Shown here: piece after piece, positions 56,890 through 64,000 of the stretch | How positions within the stretch are numbered: the stretch's first letter is position 1 | Layout of the letters: the number at the start of each line of letters is the position of its first letter | NCBI GenBank assembly: GCA_964016885.1 | Contig: OZ024744.1 | Span: 74,028,001 to 74,092,000 of the forward strand | From: Eledone cirrhosa | Taxonomy: Eukaryota | Direction of reading: 5' to 3' | DNA: 64,000 bases | Notes under the pieces: generated by a model | Told to the model about the DNA's origin: nothing | The model's database searches: none | The model's input: only the letters and a program-made list of their open reading frames with translations | Program-made: the position numbers and the translations under genes

Positions 56890-59800
56890 ATATGTGTTTC
56901 TCATTCCCTACGGTTTCCGCCTCAAGTTTCACCCCACATCTTACCCTGCTCCCACCACTGAGCCCATCCTTACCCGGTCCTCTCGCCAGCTCATGCGGGC
57001 GACCATTCGATCAACTCTCGCCCAAATCCGATCTCTCGACCGAGATCTCCCCAAGGCCTACCTCCATCTCTCCTCAACTTGCCACCCTTTCCTCACCCAA
57101 TCCCTTATCCAATTCATCCTTTACCTCAATCGCCGCCTTTTCAATTTCCTCACTTCCGTAAAAAAAACACAAACTCGACGCTCTCCGCTCCCCGCATGCC
57201 GTAATCACCCATACTCATATCACCTCCAACCCTAACCCCTCTATCCTGTCACCTACCACCCCATTTCCTTTCCCCACCGTACCCCAGGACCTACCACTCT
57301 CAGAAGCTGAGTGCTCCCTCCTCGCCCGTGGTTTGCGTTTCATACCAACCACATCTATCTGCGACGAGTTCCGCACACGTGCCGAGATTGAAGGATTCCT
57401 CCGTCGATTATAGCTGAAAGCTTTTTTTAACGACACGCCATCATCGACACAGACGGATGACTTCATTCGTCTCAGTCGCCGCAGTCAAATTGGACGCCGA
57501 GCCCTGGCCAATTCAGCACCCTCGACTCCTTTGTACTTGCAGGCGTATTGTGAATTGGTTCTTTTTCCACCAGCATTCTCGTCGCTCTAACATCACGCGA
57601 ACTGAGCTCTCCGCTCTTCGCAACCTTCGGCGACGTGATGACATTGTCATCAAACCCGTTGACAAAGGTGGCACTGTGGTGGTTTGGAGCGCTGACCTCT
57701 ATAGGGCTGAGGCTCCCCTCTAGCTTCACAATACCCTTTTTTTACCGCCCTTTATCCTCTGATCCCACTCCTGGCTAGCAACAAATTCGTGTCCTCCACC
57801 ATCCACGAGCTCATCTCCTCTCTCCTACCTCCCACAGCCACCAACTTTATTGTACGCATCCCTCACACATCCACCATCGACTTCCTCCCAAAACACACAA
57901 ACAAAATAATCCCGGCCGTCCTATCGTTTCTGCGTGCAACTGCCCTACCTAGATAATTTCTCAATATTTAGACACCATCCTCGCCCCGTTGGTCAGCAAT
58001 CTCCCCTCCCACATCCACGATACAAATCATGCCCTTAGATTCTTCAACTCTTTCTCCTTCCCTCCCGGACACTCCCGCCATCTCTTTACCCTGGACATCA
58101 CCTCTCTCTATACCGTCATCCCTCAAGATGACGGCCTCCGCGCTCTTCAGCACTTTTTAGATTTACGCCCTACCCCTAACCCCAGCACTACCTCTCTTCT
58201 CCGTCTGGCTGAGCTTGTTCTCACCCTTAATGGATTTTCTTTTTCGGGTGAAATTTATCAGCAGGTTTCTGGGATAGCGATGGGGACCAGAATAGGCCCA
58301 AACTATGCCAACTTGTTGTTGGCTACGTCGAAGCCCAGGTCTTCTCCCAGTATGCTGGAACTACTCCTGAGCTATACGGTCGTTAAATCGACGACTGTAT
58401 CAGCACCACCTCTCTATAACGAGAACAGCTCGACTGTTTTCGTTCTTTTGTCCAATCTTTCCATCCTGCTCTCAATTTCACCGCCTCCGTCTCCGATGCT
58501 TCTGTCGCTTTTCTAGATATCTCTCTATCTATTAATCACTCTCATCACACCCTCTCTACTTCCATCTTCATTACACCAACAGACTCCCAATCTTATCTCG
58601 ACTTCACCTCCTCCCATCTAACCCACACCAAACACTCCGTAACCTATTCACAATTCCTCCGTCTTCGTCACCATGTAGCCAGGACGACGATTTCGTAACC
58701 CATTCCCTTCGCATGGCTTCCTGCTTCATCCAGCGTGGATATCCCCCCACCCTGATCCAAGCTGCTCTCACCCGCGCCCGTGAAACAGACCGTACCACAG
58801 CCCTCTCACTTCACCGCCGCCCTCCCAACACCCGTGTACATTTCTCTCTCACCTACCACCCCATCACCCTACCACTCAAGCGACATATCCTCCTTTCCTT
58901 CTGTATCCTCTCTTCTGACTCCGTCATTTCTCGCTTTTTTCCCAAACCCATCCATTACTGCTTTTAAGCGCGCCCGCAACCTCCGTGACCTCCTGGTTTG
59001 CAGTTCCTTTTCGTCCTCTCTCACGACTCCACCAGGCCCTCACCATTGTTCCTGTTCTCGCTGCAACACTGTCCCTTTATTTGCACCACACTTACAGGCC
59101 CTAACGCGTCTTTCCATATCCGCCATTCCTTCACCTGCACATGCACCCACGTTGTCTATGCCATCCGGTGTTCCCTTTGCGGGTCTTTATATATCGGGCA
59201 AACGGGACGCCGATTGGCGGATCATTTGCCGAACGTTTGAGGGACATACGACTCGATTTGGATACTCCTGTCGCCCGTCATTTCTGTTCTCCTGGTCATT
59301 CTTCCCTACATGTTTCAGTCCTGTGTGTCCTTTTACATGATGGATCACAGGTTTCGCACACCAGGACTGAACACAGTCTGATTCACTGCATTGGGTCCTA
59401 TTCCCCTCTTGGACTCAACTCACCTCCCCAATTTCTCTAATACCCCGTCCATAATCACACCCCTATCGCTTTCTCTTGATCATTAACATCTTCTCTTACA
59501 ACTAATACCTGCTGACTATATATGCTCACTCCACTTTTCCCTTCACTGCTCTGTATACACACATATACACCCTTGTATTTACATACATTTGCTCATAGCT
59601 TTGTACTTACATGCACACACACTCTTTTACTCACATATACACACACATTCCTTTTAGCTTCGTACGGACGTATAATAACACACACACACACTCACACACA
59701 AGCACATGCTTACGCACGTGCACAAGTATAGCTCTTTTTACAAACCGTTTTTTTTCCATTTCAGGTAGACGCGCTCCCTCATCTACTTTTCTAAAAAATA

Positions 59801-60055
59801 AATCATACACAAAACGCCAGCACCAACAGTTTTGCAAGAGATGTCAACATGAATGGAGCTCTTATTTGTATCTAAAGACATTTTTTTCCAATTACATCCG
59901 GCTCGTACCCTCAAACTATCTTATTTCTCCTGCTTTCTTATGGAGGACTAGCGTCGGAAACGTTAAGATCCTCTTTCTGCTATATCAAGCATTAACCTAA
60001 TATATACCTTCCATATACTGTACCGATTGTATTGTTATTTCTGTTTACTTTTTAC
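56890..60055 (+). mobile_element. Near full-length Neptune-like Penelope element (decayed RT plus Zn-finger/GIY-YIG)
   Basis: IPYGFRLKFHP, IVIKPVDKGGTVVV, PGRPIVS, FTLDITSLYTVIP, QVSGIAMGTRIGPNYANL, CSRCNT..FTCTCTHVVYAIRCSLCGSLYIGQTGRRLAD; 3' pLTR ends in (TA)n. Confidence 0.93.
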
Positions 60056-60095
<40 letters not shown>

Positions 60096-60140
60096 ATTTT
60101 ACAGATAACGAGGGATCAGTGATGCATCAAAACACAATTT

Positions 60141-60240
60141 ATAAACATATTACATATGTTTTACCGACGATCAGCTCAAGGCACGATCTATTATAGATCG
60201 AATTTGACTCAGCATTCGCAAGGTCCTCAGATATGGTTAT
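60141..60240 (-). ncRNA. Hammerhead ribozyme with long stem II (GAAA box mutated)
   Basis: Minus strand ataaccatat-CTGAGGA-cc..(cgatcta taa tagatcg hairpin)..ggt-AAAA-catatg-TA-atatgtttat. Confidence 0.7.
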
Positions 60241-60540
60241 CGTTTTCAAGGCATTTTCTCCAACTGACAATATTCAATGCGTTTCATCCTCAGCAACTGA
60301 CATTATCCTGTTGATGCAGCCTAACCATTGGTTTAGAATTTGAGGCGTCACCTCCTTCCTTGACCAGTCAAATACGTCCACTGCCTGCAGTTATTCACGC
60401 GTGACCTGTACATCACTCGAACTTGGTGAGCAAATTACTACTATGTGGGCGCAAATGTATAAAAGTATCTACCACTACCCAAGTATACTCATACACACAC
60501 ATACACACATACACGCACGTATGTATATATATATATATAT

Positions 60541-61730
60541 ATCATCATCATCATCATTCGTCGACTACTGTCGAGATGTGGATCTCACTCTCATGCCCCA
60601 GAATTCCCTGTCCCCATCGCTATCCCCAGGTCCTGTCTACTGATTCCTGTATCCCTAGAGATAACGTCAGGGAATGACAGCTTCCTACTCCTAGTCAGGC
60701 TGGAGTCAGGGTTCCAGAACAAGAGAGCTGATATGATTTCATTGCTGGCACGGTGACAGTGGCGAGCAAATTGAGCTCTCCGGGATTTTAGAAGGGCAGA
60801 GGCTCGAGGGAGTTTGCCATAGATTTTAGACAAGGTGGGATGTCGTTTCCAGGATAGGTTTTGCACTCTCATTAAGAGGCGGGTATATGTGCCATCCAAT
60901 CTCCTCTCAAGTTGTGATGTTAGTGTCCAAGTTTCGGATCCATAAAGTAATATGGGCTTAATGGTTGCTTGGAATATTTCCAGTTTTAGCTTGTTGGTAA
61001 GTTGAGATGTCCATATGGTGTGCATGTCATGGCACGCTGACCATGCGATACCCTTCCTGGTTAGAAAATCTTTTTTGGAGGAGGAGATATATGAGCCAAG
61101 ATACTTGTAATCTTCCACCTGCTTAAGGGTGGTACCATTAAGGGTTCTGATGGGGTAGTTTGGGCTGTTTGCGCATCTGTTCACATACTCAGTCTTGGAT
61201 TCGTTGAGGTACAGTCCAACACAGTTGGACGCTTGCTCTAATGACTTCAAAATACTCTCAGCATTTTCCAGTGACCGATTGATCAGTGCGATGTCGTCAG
61301 CAAAGTCGGTGTCGGTCAAGTATTTTTCTGGGTAGTGTGAGCTTCTCCTAGGCTGTAGTTGGTATCCCCTATCCTGAATCCTATCCACAGACATGCGCAA
61401 AACATAATCCACAACAATGATAAATAGATACGGAGCAAGGGTATCGCCCTGTAAAATTCCAGCGAGGATTGAGAAAGGTGTAGTTTCCCCATCTGGGGTC
61501 AGGACAGTTGATTTGGTATATGTATACATTACACGTATGGCCGCGATGATTTTATCAGGAATCCGATAGAGTTGTAGAATTTCAAACATCCCCGACCTGT
61601 CAACTGAGTCGAAGGCTTTCGAAAAATCAACAAAGATGAGTGCAAGGTCTAGATTGCGGTTTTGAGACTCCTCTATAAGTCGGCGAAGGCAGAGAATCTG
61701 GCTAAGTGTTGATCTACCTCTCCTAAATCC
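60541..61730 (-). mobile_element. RTE LINE 3' half (RT C-terminal region) with (ATG)n tail
   Basis: GFRRGRSTLSQIL, FVDFSKAFDSV, GILQGDTLAPYLF, DFADDIAL, YKYLGS, LLYGSETW; open reading frame to 60591. Confidence 0.94.
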
Positions 61731-62073
61731 ATGTCAAAAGAGCAAAGGAACTCATGGGAGCTCTTAAGAGCTCTTGGAGTCAATGGCCGAAAGGCGCTGC
61801 AGTGCCGGAAAAGTCAACTTCCTGCTACTAGTATGCTGGTAAGCTAGTACAGCGTATCTCCAGACGGATAGAGTGGGTCCGTAGCTTTGGTTAGCGACTA
61901 CTCTAGTGCTTGCAACACGAATAATTTGGGGAGGGTATAAATGCCAGGTTGGTATCTGGCGCCGGGTAACCCACCACACGGAGGAGAAAGCACCTTCTTC
62001 AAGACTTGGCTGTCAAATTCTTTCACATGTGTGTAGTAGTGGCGCCCACACACATTATTAGCTATTTGAAAAG

Positions 62074-63939
62074 ATGATGGATTTCGCAACTGACTGCACC
62101 AGGGTTCCTGTTCCTCAGGGAACCACACCATATGGTATACCTGTTGATATAGGTCCAGCCCCTGCTTTCATGGGTCCTGTTTCTGATCATAATGCACCTA
62201 CAAAGGCATCGAATGATGATGAATCCTCAAATCTCAAGGGACGGGGTTCATCTGATGGAGAAGAAACAGGTCCTAACCAAACAACAAGCAAATCTCGCTT
62301 GGCTAGCTGTAAAAAGCAAATAATAGTTAGCTCCTTGAACACCAGAACCCTCCTTCCAACAGGTAGACTCCAGGAGTTGGCAGAGAATGCCAAACTTCAG
62401 AACATTGACATCCTTGCGGTCCAAGAACACCGCTTTTTCCACCCAAAGGATGATCTCAAGTATCACACCCTAGGATCCTACCAACTTGTCACCTCTTCAG
62501 CCACCAAGAACCCTGTCAATGCCTCCGTTGGAGGAGTCGGCTGCCTTCTCTCATCTAAAGCCAGCAATAATCTTCTGGGGATTGAAACAATCTCTCCCAG
62601 AATCTTGGTGCTTACACTAGAGGGCAATCCTAGAACCACTGCGATATGTGTATACAGTCATCATAACGCCTCTCCTGAGGATGAGGTAAGAGAATTCTAC
62701 ACGACCCTTCGCACAGTTGTTGAGCAAGTACCCCTACACAACTTTCTTATCATCGCTGGAGACCTCAACGCTCAACTTGGCCCGGATGAAGTAAAGTTCA
62801 CATACAATAGGGTTACTAACCGAAACGGGGAATATCTCAAGGACTTCATGGAAGAATTCAGTCTATTCAGCTCAAACAACAGCTTTATGAAGACCAGAGG
62901 CCAGCTTTGGACCTTCGAATACCCAAACCAAAAACGAACTCAGATTGACTATTTGATATTTCGCAAGAAATGGAGAAACTCAATCATAGATTCTAGATCT
63001 TATTCCTCCTTTAGCTCTGTTGGCTCAGATCATCGAGTCATCTCGGCAACAATCAAACTTAGTCTCAGGATATCCAAGAGGGCCGAACCTCATCCTATGA
63101 AAATAATAGACTGGAAAGCCGTCTCTTCCAACAAACAACTATCCAATAGCTTCACGCTTCAAGTCTATAACAGATTTCAATCTCTCTCAACTTCTGACAT
63201 CAATGACGATAATATTGAGGATGTGTATGACTGTCTTAAGCAATCAACAGAGGAAGTTGCACTTGCCACCCTACCTAAAAAGAAAAGCCGAAGCCAAATG
63301 AAATCTAGTGCCTCAGAGTGGGTAGTTGAGGCAAGGGCCCATCTTAGGTCAATATCCCAATCTCACCATCAATCACCATCTCAAGGGAAAAAGATACAGC
63401 TTATCATGGCCAAAAAATCACTAGACGACGCTTATCTTAATGCTGAAACCGACTATATCTCAGGTAGGATTGATCAGCTATCGCAACATCACAATAGCAA
63501 ACACCATCATCTTGCTTGGAAGGTTGTCAAAGATCTTTCAGGCAAAAACTCAAACTCTGCAGTTAGAATCAAAGGAGGCTCTGCCAAAAAACGTCTTGAA
63601 AATTGGTCGGCTCATTTTAAAAACCTTCTAGGGAAAAAGGCCAGACTCCCTGATAACTATCAACTGCCATCCGTTCAGGTTTCAGAGCCTTTAGCAATCA
63701 ACACCTCTCCTTTCACCATGTCTGAGCTCAAAGAAGCCATCAAACAGCTCAAAGCCTCAAAAGCCTTTGGGCCGGATAATATACCTACCCTGATTTGGAA
63801 GGATGAGCATTTCCACATCCTTTTGCTCAACTTATGTAACCATACTTTCGAGACCAATAAACCACCTAGCGTCTGGCATGCAGCTCAAATTATCCCCATG
63901 CCCCAAAAAAGGAGATCTTTCTTTAGCCACCAACTATAG
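62074..63939 (+). CDS. RTE LINE ORF N-terminal half: APE endonuclease and start of RT (frameshift at about 63910; runs off the window)
   Basis: SLNTRTL, ILAVQEHR, IAGDLNA, QIDYLIF, GSDH; KAFGPDNIP; KKGDLSLATNYRGISL in the shifted frame. Confidence 0.92.
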   Translation: MMDFATDCTRVPVPQGTTPYGIPVDIGPAPAFMGPVSDHNAPTKASNDDESSNLKGRGSSDGEETGPNQTTSKSRLASCKKQIIVSSLNTRTLLPTGRLQELAENAKLQNIDILAVQEHRFFHPKDDLKYHTLGSYQLVTSSATKNPVNASVGGVGCLLSSKASNNLLGIETISPRILVLTLEGNPRTTAICVYSHHNASPEDEVREFYTTLRTVVEQVPLHNFLIIAGDLNAQLGPDEVKFTYNRVTNRNGEYLKDFMEEFSLFSSNNSFMKTRGQLWTFEYPNQKRTQIDYLIFRKKWRNSIIDSRSYSSFSSVGSDHRVISATIKLSLRISKRAEPHPMKIIDWKAVSSNKQLSNSFTLQVYNRFQSLSTSDINDDNIEDVYDCLKQSTEEVALATLPKKKSRSQMKSSASEWVVEARAHLRSISQSHHQSPSQGKKIQLIMAKKSLDDAYLNAETDYISGRIDQLSQHHNSKHHHLAWKVVKDLSGKNSNSAVRIKGGSAKKRLENWSAHFKNLLGKKARLPDNYQLPSVQVSEPLAINTSPFTMSELKEAIKQLKASKAFGPDNIPTLIWKDEHFHILLLNLCNHTFETNKPPSVWHAAQIIPMPQKRRSFFSHQL

Positions 63940-64000
63940 AGGAATTTCTCTCATGGCAATTGCTGCAAAAATATACAAGCTTCTTCTTAACCGCTTAATC

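Overview
AT-rich, microsatellite-saturated metazoan non-coding DNA. Its SINE and LINE content suggests a mollusc, probably a cephalopod (inference). I can support no intact host gene. The window is a mosaic of decayed retroelements: Penelope-like elements (PLEs; RT plus C-terminal GIY-YIG, Nematis-like and Neptune-like), RTE, R4/Dong-like, HERO-like and CRE-like LINE fragments, tRNA-derived SINEs, Helitron-like pieces and a MITE. The most notable signal is that at least ten unrelated-looking non-coding elements (about 0.2-1.4 kb) sit in (TA)n tracts. Most carry a hand-foldable type I hammerhead ribozyme (HHR), and they occur as circularly permuted partial tandems and/or fold-back palindromes, as expected for retrozyme-like passengers of the PLE machinery. 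Several share a fixed cassette of octamer ATGCAAAT, 34-35 bp, a TATA-like box, then an HHR about 50 bp downstream. Several also share a twin-hairpin module or a short WGAGYRCT motif that also occurs in PLE pseudo-LTR tails. Several HHRs have unusually long stem II or stem III insertions. All folds and alignments were done by eye, and boundaries are approximate.
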